A stretch of DNA of 33,066 nucleotides from an uncultured Phycisphaerales bacterium (GTDB lineage Bacteria; Planctomycetota; Phycisphaerae; Phycisphaerales; JAGLTS01). Shown here piece by piece: positions 15,110 through 24,144 of this stretch (positions within the stretch are counted from its first letter, which is position 1; every line of letters starts with the position of its first letter). The position numbers and the translations under genes are program-made. Where the stretch lies: contig CAZZPX010000002.1 in the NCBI GenBank assembly GCA_964655955.1, forward strand, positions 1 through 33,066, given 5' to 3'. The notes under the pieces are model-generated. The model was given only the letters and a program-made list of their open reading frames with translations. It did not search any database and was not told the origin of the DNA.

Positions 15110-15986
15110 GTCGGTTTACGACTACATCGGCGATCCGAACACCACGCGCCGGCTTCCCAAGTCGAAAATACTCTCCGACTTCAACACGGTCGAGCGCGAG
15201 CTGACCGAGTATCTCCTGCGCCTTAGCGGCCAGGAGTCCACCATCAATCGGGCCGAAGCCGACATTACGATTCAAAGCGGGGTAGCCTTCTATCAGTTCC
15301 CGGTCGGGTTCCGAAACTTCATCCGGCTCGAAAAACGCACGGATGGGGACCGGAACCAGGTCGAAGGAATCCTTCAATCCATTCCGGAGCACTACCGCGC
15401 CCAAGTTGGCGTTGTCGTTCTTTCCGCTGACCGCGGCTTCGAGATTCGGCCCATGCCTCGATTGGACGCCGATGAGACCTGGACCCTGGTATACCAGAGG
15501 GGTCCGATCCTGATTCATCACGGAACGGCCCAGGCCGTTACGGACAACACGCTGACGCTGGCCACTTCGCCGGACGCCGATGGTGGGGAGATTGTCGGCC
15601 TGGACGATTACTACAACGGCTCGATGGTCCACGTTTACAGCGCCACGGCGGGTTCATATCAGACCGCAGAAATCACGGATCACGTCGCATCGACCAAGGT
15701 TCTGACGCTGCGGCACGACTGGGCGACGAATCCGACAGGAACGATCAAGTACGAGATTCGGCCAGTGATTCCGACCGAGTATGACGACGTGTACGCACTG
15801 CGCGTCGCGATGAGAAATTGCAGCCGAAGGGAGCAGGCCCGACGCTGGAACCACCTTCGAGCCGAATTTGAGTCTCTGATGGAAGGCGTTCGTTCATGGG
15901 TGCTTCAGAACGTGAGTGACCGACCGAACGAACGCGTTGTGCATGACCTGACCCTTGGCGTGGACCCATACGATGGCGTCTGTTGA
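15078..15986 (+). CDS. Virion structural protein, possibly a head-tail adaptor (302 aa)
   Basis: Position between the head genes and the large tail protein. The function is a positional guess. Confidence 0.55.
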   Translation: MGQAFLDRLYESVYDYIGDPNTTRRLPKSKILSDFNTVERELTEYLLRLSGQESTINRAEADITIQSGVAFYQFPVGFRNFIRLEKRTDGDRNQVEGILQSIPEHYRAQVGVVVLSADRGFEIRPMPRLDADETWTLVYQRGPILIHHGTAQAVTDNTLTLATSPDADGGEIVGLDDYYNGSMVHVYSATAGSYQTAEITDHVASTKVLTLRHDWATNPTGTIKYEIRPVIPTEYDDVYALRVAMRNCSRREQARRWNHLRAEFESLMEGVRSWVLQNVSDRPNERVVHDLTLGVDPYDGVC

Positions 15987-16242
15987 TTGGAATTGGAACT
16001 TCGCTCGCCGCGACATGGTGCCGGACGAATCCGGTCTTAACGCCACACGCCGAATCGCGGATCAGGTGTTTCGGTCGATGTACGGCGATCCGGTTGCGCC
16101 GTCGGCCCCGGCGTCTCTGAACTCACGGCCGAGCGAGTTTGATGTTGTTGGTCGTCGCATGCAGCCCAAGAGGCCGATACAGGAATTCGGTCCGGGCAGC
16201 AGTCTTGAGTGGATGAGCGACTTTTTCGGGATGTCAGGATAG
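15973..16242 (+). CDS. Hypothetical protein (89 aa from the ATG at 15973)
   Basis: The ATG overlaps the end of the previous gene. Its stop overlaps a candidate GTG start of the next gene. Confidence 0.45.
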   Translation: MASVDWNWNFARRDMVPDESGLNATRRIADQVFRSMYGDPVAPSAPASLNSRPSEFDVVGRRMQPKRPIQEFGPGSSLEWMSDFFGMSG

Positions 16243-19200
16243 TGCCGACTCAGGTCGAAAAGCGCGGAGACGGAAATCGTCTTGTCCATGAGTTTCCGGG
16301 CGTTGTGCCGGAACTGGACATGACTGCCGACCCCTGGAACCTGGAAGATGGTCAGGCATCCATCGTCGAGGGCGTTGACGTGACGGTGGCCAATGCGCTG
16401 CGCATCGCGCCGATGCGCGACCCAGAAGGCATGATTACGCTATCGCCGTATTCCGCGTCAAACCCGATCGTCGAGGCGTTCGGCTCCGAAATGTTCGGGC
16501 CGTGTCCGAAGCGGTACGCGACGACATTGAAGAGGAACTTCACCGCAGCAGTGAACACCTATGACGACACAGGGAACGGGGCAGGAGAGCACGCACTGGT
16601 TCATACCGGAGCGTTCACAAACTACGATTGGGACTCTGGCGATCACGCAGTTATCTATGACGGCTTGGATGTGTATGAGTCCGCAGTGGCGTCGCGAGTA
16701 AGCGACGATGCAATACTCTTGGCTGACTCGCTTGGAGGGGACTTGACCACCGTAAACGTCGAGATCGTCAAGGGGCGGTCTTTGTTCTACTTTCGATCCG
16801 GCGCATCCCTGACTCCGCATTACCTGATCAAGTCGCCCGAAGAGTATGCGCTGACAGGGGCATGGCCGGAGCAAATGGAAGGCGCGTACATCGTTTCTAA
16901 CGCAGACGGCCGCCATGCCGCGACACAGATTGGACTTATTACCGGCAGAGTCGGAATAATCAGTTCCAACGACGCACTTCGATACATCGGATTCGGCACT
17001 CAACTGGTCGCTGAGGACAAGATCAGCATTCTGTTCAGCCAGCAGTTTGACAAACGCGGCGTGTGGGCGAGCGACGGCGAAAAGCTGGCACTCTTGCAGA
17101 ATTTCCTGTGGGGTCTCTACTTGGACCTCAACAACAACAGTACGATTGGGGAGTCATGGCGAATGGCTATGATATCCCCCCATCTTCTTCTGCTCGTGAA
17201 CGACAAGTATGCGCCGCGCATTATCAGGCTTGACGCATCGGCGCAGACCGCAAACACGAATCCAAGAGACCTGACGATCGCCGGGCTGCTCACGCCCAAG
17301 AAGCCGGAAACATCGGAAAGCGATGGCGATGACGACGGTCGGACGCAATACAAGAGCTGGGTCATGGTCGCCAATGGTTCGGGAGGATCGCTGTCGGCCG
17401 GTACGTATCGCGTCAAGGTGCGGGCGGTAAACTACATCGACAATGCGGAGTCGCGGTTCGTCGATGTCTACGATTCGGCGGACCTGGACGACAAAGATAT
17501 CACGGCAACGTCCAGTGACGCATTGAAGGTCTGGAACCAACTCAGCACTGATACGCACCTGAATTGGCCTCCAATGCACGAGCGTTGGACGCATCTTGAA
17601 ATCTGGCGTACTCAAGCCAACGGATCGGCCTACTTCCTGGAACGCATCATTGAAATCAATACGTTCTGTGCCAATGAGGACGGCCAGGCGTCCACAAGCG
17701 GGACTCTGGTCCAGCAGACGACGGACAGTGGCATATTTGCCTGTTCGATCTCTGACGCATCTTTGGCCAACCAGCCGCAGGCCACTTCGGCCGACCTTGC
17801 CGCAGGCGGACCTCCGCCAATCTGTAAGGATGCTGTGAGCCTGTCCGGAGTGACGCTGTGCTTCGGCGCTGCTTCTGAGGATGCCGAGGACCCGACGTTT
17901 GACGCGCGAATGTTCCCGATGCACGGTCAAAGCAAGTCGGGATACACGCACGCATCGAGGCAGGTCAATTTCGGCAGCGGGTCTCCGCTGGCCAACTATG
18001 CCTTTGTGGCTGGCGACAGACTTGAAGTGTTCTCGCCTACCGCGGCGATTGGCGTGTATCCGATCAATTCGAGAATCAGCGACAGCATTGTGGACCTCAC
18101 CGCGCCCGGAATTGGCGCAAATTACGACGAACTCGATATGTGCATTCTCAGGGCGCACACCATCGTCTGGCCGAAAATCGCCAGCGATGAGGATGTCTGG
18201 TACAGCCGTACAGACAAATTCGCGCCGGAGAGCTTCCCGACCAGGAAGCTGACGCTCTCCAGTCTCGGCGACACCTATCGCCGCGCCGTTCGCACCGGAC
18301 GATACGTGGCCGTAATCATGGACCAGGGCGTTCATGTGTTGTATCTGTCAGGTTCTGACTTGCTAAAGACGACCATCGCATCCAGCGGCATGGGAACGCC
18401 GTGGAGCAAGTCGGTTGTGTCTTTGGGCAATTTCGTGTTCTGGGCCACAAAGATCGGCCCGCGAATGATGCGAACCAGCGCCGACGTTGACGACCAGGGC
18501 AATCTTGGGTCGATCAGCTTCATGCCTGGATCGGAGCGCGTCAGGCAGTGGTTCGAGGATGCGTTCAATGATGGTGACGACGTTGATGCTGGCGTGGATA
18601 CGCTGCATCAGTGCATCCGGTTCAGGAAGTCGCCGGATACGAACAACTACCAATCCCTCCAATTCTCGTTCGTAACCGGCAAATGGGGCGTGTACCCGGA
18701 CGATTCCGGTGTTGCCTATGTGAGCACGAAGTACGCCGGAGCAATGCCGCTTCTGTCCCCTGCCTTGTATTCCGTGACGCAGCGAGGCAATCTGTTCAGG
18801 CTCAATAGCGTCAAGCTGACGCACGCCTACGATTCCCGGCCTTGCCAGGGCGTCTTGAATGGTACGTACACTATTACAACCACGAGCCTTACAAAGACAA
18901 ATGAGTTCTCGGCCGCAATGGTAGGCGACATTGTTCGGTTCCGATCAAGTGACCCGTCGATTGATGGCCAATCTCGCCGAATTCTGACTGCATCGACCAG
19001 CCAGATAACGTTCGACGCGGTAACAGGGCTTGGAAATGGAGTCGAGTACATCGTGGGCGCTCCCCGAATGCGCATCCGGTACGCCCCGCTCCGCGGGCAG
19101 GGCGACCCGATGAACACCAAGACCATCGAGGGAAACCTATGCGTGGCCATTCCTGGTCCGCGCCATACCGATCCGTCCGGTGGTTGGCCCGATACGCCGC

Positions 19201-19460
19201 CTGGATCGGTGAAGATGAAGTCGTACCGGGATTACGTTCCGACGACCGAGCATGAGGACGGATTCAACATATCCGTGTTCCGGGACGACACCGTTGCCAA
19301 GAAATCTGAGGATCGATACGGGGCTTTACAGTGCCAGGGGCGCGCAATTGAGGTAGAATTGGAATGCCTCGACGCCAAGACGGACCTTAGAATTGAGCGG
19401 ACAATGGTTCGTTTTCGCGAAGATGGAGACACGGTCGAGGATGACCGAACCGACGCATAG
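16209..19460 (+). CDS. Large tail/nozzle-type structural protein (1083 aa; alternative GTG start at 16242)
   Basis: Long, uninterrupted, beta-rich ORF in the tail position. No motif identified. Confidence 0.65.
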   Translation: MDERLFRDVRIVPTQVEKRGDGNRLVHEFPGVVPELDMTADPWNLEDGQASIVEGVDVTVANALRIAPMRDPEGMITLSPYSASNPIVEAFGSEMFGPCPKRYATTLKRNFTAAVNTYDDTGNGAGEHALVHTGAFTNYDWDSGDHAVIYDGLDVYESAVASRVSDDAILLADSLGGDLTTVNVEIVKGRSLFYFRSGASLTPHYLIKSPEEYALTGAWPEQMEGAYIVSNADGRHAATQIGLITGRVGIISSNDALRYIGFGTQLVAEDKISILFSQQFDKRGVWASDGEKLALLQNFLWGLYLDLNNNSTIGESWRMAMISPHLLLLVNDKYAPRIIRLDASAQTANTNPRDLTIAGLLTPKKPETSESDGDDDGRTQYKSWVMVANGSGGSLSAGTYRVKVRAVNYIDNAESRFVDVYDSADLDDKDITATSSDALKVWNQLSTDTHLNWPPMHERWTHLEIWRTQANGSAYFLERIIEINTFCANEDGQASTSGTLVQQTTDSGIFACSISDASLANQPQATSADLAAGGPPPICKDAVSLSGVTLCFGAASEDAEDPTFDARMFPMHGQSKSGYTHASRQVNFGSGSPLANYAFVAGDRLEVFSPTAAIGVYPINSRISDSIVDLTAPGIGANYDELDMCILRAHTIVWPKIASDEDVWYSRTDKFAPESFPTRKLTLSSLGDTYRRAVRTGRYVAVIMDQGVHVLYLSGSDLLKTTIASSGMGTPWSKSVVSLGNFVFWATKIGPRMMRTSADVDDQGNLGSISFMPGSERVRQWFEDAFNDGDDVDAGVDTLHQCIRFRKSPDTNNYQSLQFSFVTGKWGVYPDDSGVAYVSTKYAGAMPLLSPALYSVTQRGNLFRLNSVKLTHAYDSRPCQGVLNGTYTITTTSLTKTNEFSAAMVGDIVRFRSSDPSIDGQSRRILTASTSQITFDAVTGLGNGVEYIVGAPRMRIRYAPLRGQGDPMNTKTIEGNLCVAIPGPRHTDPSGGWPDTPPGSVKMKSYRDYVPTTEHEDGFNISVFRDDTVAKKSEDRYGALQCQGRAIEVELECLDAKTDLRIERTMVRFREDGDTVEDDRTDA

Positions 19461-19468
19461 GTGACGAC

Positions 19469-21127
19469 ATGGCTGCTTGGGAAATACCAGTTGGCGCGGG
19501 GCTTGGCCTCTTCGACTACTTTGCCGCACTTGACGCGGAGCGAAGGAATCAGGATCGCCTTGAATCAGGCATTGGCCGGCTGGATGCAGCCAAAGACGAA
19601 CTGCGCGGCATCTTCGGCATGGAGTCCCGTTCACCGTTCGGACGGCATGGCGATTTTACCATTGACCGATCCGCTGGTTCCGGTAGTCGCCTTGCCGGCG
19701 GCGCGGCATCCAGCGGCAGAGGCCATTCTGGGTTTCTGGACCCGATAGAGGGCAGAGGCTATCCGGACTTGTCACCGCCGGGTGACGAACCTTTCATTCG
19801 GCCCGACATAGACGATCTGTTTACTCAGGCGGAATCGTTCAGAGAGGGCATCCCGGCGGGCGGATTTGGCTCTGCGGCGGACCAGTTGGCCCAGAACCTC
19901 CGCCGCCAACTTCGCAGCGACCGTGACGCGATCAGCGGCAGGCTTCGCGAAGCGATGATTCCTGTAGGAAGTACGTTTGACGTGGTGGACTTCCCGGACT
20001 TCAGTGGTGATGCGTATCGAGCCGCGGCGATGGGCGATATCGCGGCCGGGCGAGAAGCGCAAACGCAAGTGGCTCGCGAACAGGCCGTGGCCCGCGGATT
20101 GTCTCAGGGGCGCAGCCTGAGCGAGATTGCGCCGGACCTTGACGTTCTGGAATATCAGCTTGGAGGACAAGCCGGGCAGTTGGCCCGCGGAGTAGAGAAC
20201 ACGATCGAAACGAATCGCCTCGGATACGGCGCACAGCGGGCAGCGCTACAGGCCGATCTCGCCTCGAAGGAACAGGCCATTAACGCGGCGCTGGGGCAAC
20301 AGGATGCCCAGATCATGGCGGCACTGGCTGGCCAAGAAGCGGGCCTTGGCGAGACCCTTGGCAGGTTCGGGCAAACGATGGACTTCAACACCGCGGCCAA
20401 TCTTGCGAATCTGACCGGAGCGGATCAGATCAACACGAGCAACCTGGAACTGGCGCTTCGCAACATGAGTCAGCAGGACCGGCAGGCGTTCGCGTCCTTG
20501 ATGTCGGGATTGACGACCGGACAGGCGACCGGAGAGTTCAATTACAACCAGATTGTCCCGCAGATATTCCCGGCATTCGTGTCGCTAATGAATGCCAGAG
20601 AGGACAATCAGCCGGAATCGAAAGGATCGTCCGGCCTGAGCATCTTCGGATTTGGTTTCTCCAGTGGCTGCATCGTGGATACGGCCCTGGTACCGACTCC
20701 GGACGGCGCTAAGCCGCTGGAAAGCCTGAAGGTCGGAGACGTGGTAATCGACGGCGACGACAATGAGGCCGTGATTGTCGCCAAGGACCACGGAGACGAC
20801 CCGAATCGGCCCCGACTCGTATGGTTTGAGACTGATGACGGAGCCAGGATCGGCGGAACGCCGGATCATGTCGTCGATGGAGAAACGCTTGGCGAAAGAC
20901 TGGCCGGCGACGTTATCGAACGGAACGGAAAGGAAACCAGGATTGTCCGGCTGTGGTACGGACCGTATCAGACAATGGGCGATTTGGCTCTGTCGAGTCG
21001 CGCCGAATGGGTCGCCAACGGGTTCCGAGTCAAGAGCCGCATCCAGGATACGATCGATACGATTGGAATCGACGCGTGGGAATCGAAGATTGACGACTAC
21101 GGCCACATAAAGCAGGAGGTTGCGTGA
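19469..21127 (+). CDS. Virion/internal protein with a C-terminal Hint (Hedgehog/intein-like) autoprocessing domain (552 aa; Hint roughly 20669-21040)
   Basis: GFGFSSG|CIVDTALVPTPDGAKPLESLKVGDVVIDGD matches Hint block A, with Cys401 at 20669. GGTPDHVV matches the TxxH block B. The distal WVANGFRVKS resembles the end of Hint_2-type domains. AGGTGA SD. Confidence 0.7.
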   Translation: MAAWEIPVGAGLGLFDYFAALDAERRNQDRLESGIGRLDAAKDELRGIFGMESRSPFGRHGDFTIDRSAGSGSRLAGGAASSGRGHSGFLDPIEGRGYPDLSPPGDEPFIRPDIDDLFTQAESFREGIPAGGFGSAADQLAQNLRRQLRSDRDAISGRLREAMIPVGSTFDVVDFPDFSGDAYRAAAMGDIAAGREAQTQVAREQAVARGLSQGRSLSEIAPDLDVLEYQLGGQAGQLARGVENTIETNRLGYGAQRAALQADLASKEQAINAALGQQDAQIMAALAGQEAGLGETLGRFGQTMDFNTAANLANLTGADQINTSNLELALRNMSQQDRQAFASLMSGLTTGQATGEFNYNQIVPQIFPAFVSLMNAREDNQPESKGSSGLSIFGFGFSSGCIVDTALVPTPDGAKPLESLKVGDVVIDGDDNEAVIVAKDHGDDPNRPRLVWFETDDGARIGGTPDHVVDGETLGERLAGDVIERNGKETRIVRLWYGPYQTMGDLALSSRAEWVANGFRVKSRIQDTIDTIGIDAWESKIDDYGHIKQEVA

Positions 21128-21570
21128 TGGCTCTTGGCATGCCAATGGCAATGGGCGGCGCTGTCGCGCAGGCGGCGCAAACGGCTGCGGCCCCGGCCCT
21201 GAATGCAGTTGCGAACACGGCTGCCCAGTCCGCGATGCCGGGCTTCTTTAGTTCAGGCGGCATTCTCGAAAAGCTGGCGTCCATGTACGGCGCACAGGCT
21301 GGCGGTCTTGGCGGTCTCGGCGCAATGGGCGGTGTCAAGTTCGCGATGAATCGTGGCGGGCGCAGCTTCGCGTTCGGCAACATCGACAACGGCGGCGGCA
21401 TGGCCGAAGAGGAAAAGATACTCAAGCTGGCTGAGCGGCTGATGTCCAAGGCCAACTCCATCAATGAGGCTCCGATATCACAGAGCGCTCCGGAGCGCCA
21501 GGTGCGAGCGGCAGACTTCACGGTTCCGAACGTCGGCTTGCCGTACATTCCGCTGATCGGCAGGAGATAG
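21124..21570 (+). CDS. Gly/Ala/Met-rich internal protein with glycine-zipper-like stretches (148 aa)
   Basis: AGGAGG SD. Start overlaps the previous stop. Contains GAQAGGLGGLGAMGGV. Confidence 0.6.
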   Translation: MMALGMPMAMGGAVAQAAQTAAAPALNAVANTAAQSAMPGFFSSGGILEKLASMYGAQAGGLGGLGAMGGVKFAMNRGGRSFAFGNIDNGGGMAEEEKILKLAERLMSKANSINEAPISQSAPERQVRAADFTVPNVGLPYIPLIGRR

Positions 21571-21573
21571 GCG

Positions 21574-22713
21574 ATGGCGCAGTTTATTCCAATCGGTGGC
21601 GGGGCGCAGTTGCAGCCGCGGGTCGTCGTGTCCGGCAACCGTGGCCCTTCTGCCGCCGAAATGCTTGCGCTGATGATGCAGTCGGACCGCAACCAGAATC
21701 GGCTCAGTGCCGCAGAAGCGCTGGCACTGATTCTGCCCATCATGCAGGGTGCGATGGGGCAACAGAACTTCGCCGCGCAGCTTGCTGCACAACAATCGCA
21801 GTTCGGGGAACGTCTCGGCTTTGAGCGTGAACAATCCGAACGCGAGTATGATCTTTTGGCAAAGAAGCTGGGGTTCGATACGGCCCAGCAGTCCAACCAG
21901 TTCGCATTGATGATGAAGCAGTTGGAGCAGTCCGGAGAGGCGCAGGCCCAGCAAGGCCAAATGAATGCCGCACAGATCGAGGCGATTCGCGCGAGTATCG
22001 AGCAGGCGAATCAGCAGAACAAGCTGATACAACAGGACAGACAGGCCGCGCTAACTACTGTGGCGGCGGAGAACATCATCAACGATGTGATGGTGAGCGG
22101 AGATGTCAAGAGGCAGACTATCGAGAATGCCGAGGCGGAACGCGAGCTGGAGCATTCCGCAGCCGCAATGGATCACGCCATGTCTCTGGCAACGCAAATG
22201 GAGGCAGAGTCCGGCGGGAGTTTCCTGCATGGGCAGCCACTAATGACGCAGTGGTTTGGCGGCGGCGCAGACAAGGTGCTGGATACGCTTCTGAAGAACA
22301 TAGAAGCTGGCGAGCAAGTGTTCACCTATTCGCGAGTTGGCGAACCGATACCAGCAGACCCCGGCTTGGACCAGTACGGATATCTGCAAACGCTTGAACA
22401 CCTCATGGGCGACCCTGGGGCAGTGTCCAATCTGAGCCGGGACGCAAAGCAAAAGGCAACCAGATTCCTCGCCAGTCCGATCGCCGCCAGGATTCGCCAG
22501 GACGAAAGGCAGAGGCAGAAGGATTACCGGCAGTCATTGGTTAAAGTTGGGCAGGATACGCGCAAGGCGACGCAGGGCGTCAAAGAGCGCGCGCGTTCGG
22601 CCCAGCGAGAGATTTACGACGAAATCGCGCCGCTCCTGTCGAACATTCAAATGGTCAACGGGTTGCCCGTGTTTACAATGACGGACCTGCCCGTTCCGGC
22701 GGAGTTTGAGTAA
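21574..22713 (+). CDS. Gln-rich coiled-coil internal/ejection-type protein (379 aa)
   Basis: AGGAGA SD. Long Q/E/A heptad-like tracts. Confidence 0.6.
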   Translation: MAQFIPIGGGAQLQPRVVVSGNRGPSAAEMLALMMQSDRNQNRLSAAEALALILPIMQGAMGQQNFAAQLAAQQSQFGERLGFEREQSEREYDLLAKKLGFDTAQQSNQFALMMKQLEQSGEAQAQQGQMNAAQIEAIRASIEQANQQNKLIQQDRQAALTTVAAENIINDVMVSGDVKRQTIENAEAERELEHSAAAMDHAMSLATQMEAESGGSFLHGQPLMTQWFGGGADKVLDTLLKNIEAGEQVFTYSRVGEPIPADPGLDQYGYLQTLEHLMGDPGAVSNLSRDAKQKATRFLASPIAARIRQDERQRQKDYRQSLVKVGQDTRKATQGVKERARSAQREIYDEIAPLLSNIQMVNGLPVFTMTDLPVPAEFE

Positions 22714-23177
22714 TGCCAGCGATAATCCCGATCATCCTGTCCATGATTGCCTCGACGGCGGGCCATGCTGGCGTGCGCGCCCTGCTTGGCAGACTTGGAA
22801 CGCAGGCCGCAAAGTCCGGCGCTGGAAAGATCGGCGAGATTGCCGCCCGTCAGATAACTCCGGCCATCGGGAAGCACATTCCACAGGTAACTGTGGGGAG
22901 CATTGGGCGTGGCGGCGCGGAGCTTGCCTCCATGCTGGGCGGACTTGGTGCGTTTGAACTGACGCACCGCGTCTTGGATGCAGACGACGGAGAGAGCGCT
23001 GTTGCGCAGGGTTCGGCCAGTATGATCCATGCGGATCAGCCGGCGCAGCTACAGAGCGTGGCACTACAATCGGCCCTTGAGGAATACATGCGCGGCAGCG
23101 TGGAAGAGGACGCGGAAATGGACCGCATGTTGAATCATATCGTGATGAACGCACCGCAAATGCGGAGGCTGGTGTGA
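22713..23177 (+). CDS. Membrane-associated internal protein (154 aa)
   Basis: TAATG coupling. Hydrophobic N-terminus MPAIIPIILSMIASTAG and a second Gly-rich hydrophobic patch. Confidence 0.55.
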   Translation: MPAIIPIILSMIASTAGHAGVRALLGRLGTQAAKSGAGKIGEIAARQITPAIGKHIPQVTVGSIGRGGAELASMLGGLGAFELTHRVLDADDGESAVAQGSASMIHADQPAQLQSVALQSALEEYMRGSVEEDAEMDRMLNHIVMNAPQMRRLV

Positions 23178-23178
23178 T

Positions 23179-24135
23179 ATGGCTGCCTTTGACGAAATGC
23201 TTTTGTCTCGTCTGCAAGTTGCAGAGGCGAGCGGGGATCTCAAGACCGCTGCCGTTCTCAGGGAGTTGGCGTCCACGAGGCGCGCCGAACTGAAAGAACG
23301 TGGAGGCGTAGAGCGGATTCGTGCGCAAACCGAAGGAAAGCTGTCCCTTGCCAGACAGGCCGACGAAATCGCGGTTCGTAACCGAGCTATCGAGGACGCC
23401 ATTCGCGTGCGCGATGCTCGTCGAGAGCAACAGCAGATTAACGCACAAAAGCGCGTGGCCTTGAATCTGGCCGTCACTTCGCCCGGATCGGAGCAACTCC
23501 AAACGCTCATCAACAGCATTTCCGACAAGGGCGACGTGGCTGGTGCTGCCCATATCCGAAACGTCGCCGAGCAGAACCGCGCCGTCAAGGTTGCCCGGGC
23601 GCAGGACTTCGTTGTGCGAAACGTCGCGCCGGGCGTGGATATTGGCCAGTTCACGACAGAGATTCAGGACGTGGCCAAGGGCGAGCGCGTCGGACTCAAG
23701 ATACTGGAGAACAAGGTCAAAGAGGCCAATGTTCGGGCCATGGCCGAGGCTGGCGAGATTCGACGCTTGGCCGGGACCGGATTGCCGCTGACCGAGGCGC
23801 AGCGCGTTGCGGCCATTCCCGCCACGACTAGGCCGATCGCGGAAGCAGAGGCGGTCAGAGGTCTACGCCGCGGCCAATTCGTGAAGGGGGCCGCCGGCGC
23901 TGGCGTCTTGGGCCTTGTCGCCCACTTGCTGTTTGGCAGGGAAAAGACGCCCCAGAATCCGCAAATCGACCCGCGGATGCAGGCCGCATTGATGCAACAG
24001 TTGCAAAGCGCTGAATCTGTTGGGTTCGATCGAGACACCCGGACCATGGCGCGGATTCTCGGCATGATCAAGACTCTGGAGAATATGTCAGGCGTTCAGT
24101 CCCAAACGGCTCCGCCGATGGCCGGGATTATCTAG
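23179..24135 (+). CDS. Coiled-coil protein with a C-proximal hydrophobic segment (318 aa)
   Basis: Heptad-rich sequence, and GAAGAGVLGLVAHLLFG near the C-terminus. Confidence 0.6.
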   Translation: MAAFDEMLLSRLQVAEASGDLKTAAVLRELASTRRAELKERGGVERIRAQTEGKLSLARQADEIAVRNRAIEDAIRVRDARREQQQINAQKRVALNLAVTSPGSEQLQTLINSISDKGDVAGAAHIRNVAEQNRAVKVARAQDFVVRNVAPGVDIGQFTTEIQDVAKGERVGLKILENKVKEANVRAMAEAGEIRRLAGTGLPLTEAQRVAAIPATTRPIAEAEAVRGLRRGQFVKGAAGAGVLGLVAHLLFGREKTPQNPQIDPRMQAALMQQLQSAESVGFDRDTRTMARILGMIKTLENMSGVQSQTAPPMAGII

Positions 24136-24144
24136 GAGTTCGGA

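Noticed and set aside
17154-18335. 393 aa minus-strand ORF inside the 1083 aa tail gene
   Set aside because: Arg-rich antisense shadow with no SD and no motif.
21030-21896. 288 aa minus-strand ORF (Cys/Ala/Ser/Pro-rich) across the 21124 and 21574 genes
   Set aside because: It is the antisense frame of Gly/Ala/Gln-rich coding sequence. The low-complexity composition is the mirror image of the + strand genes.
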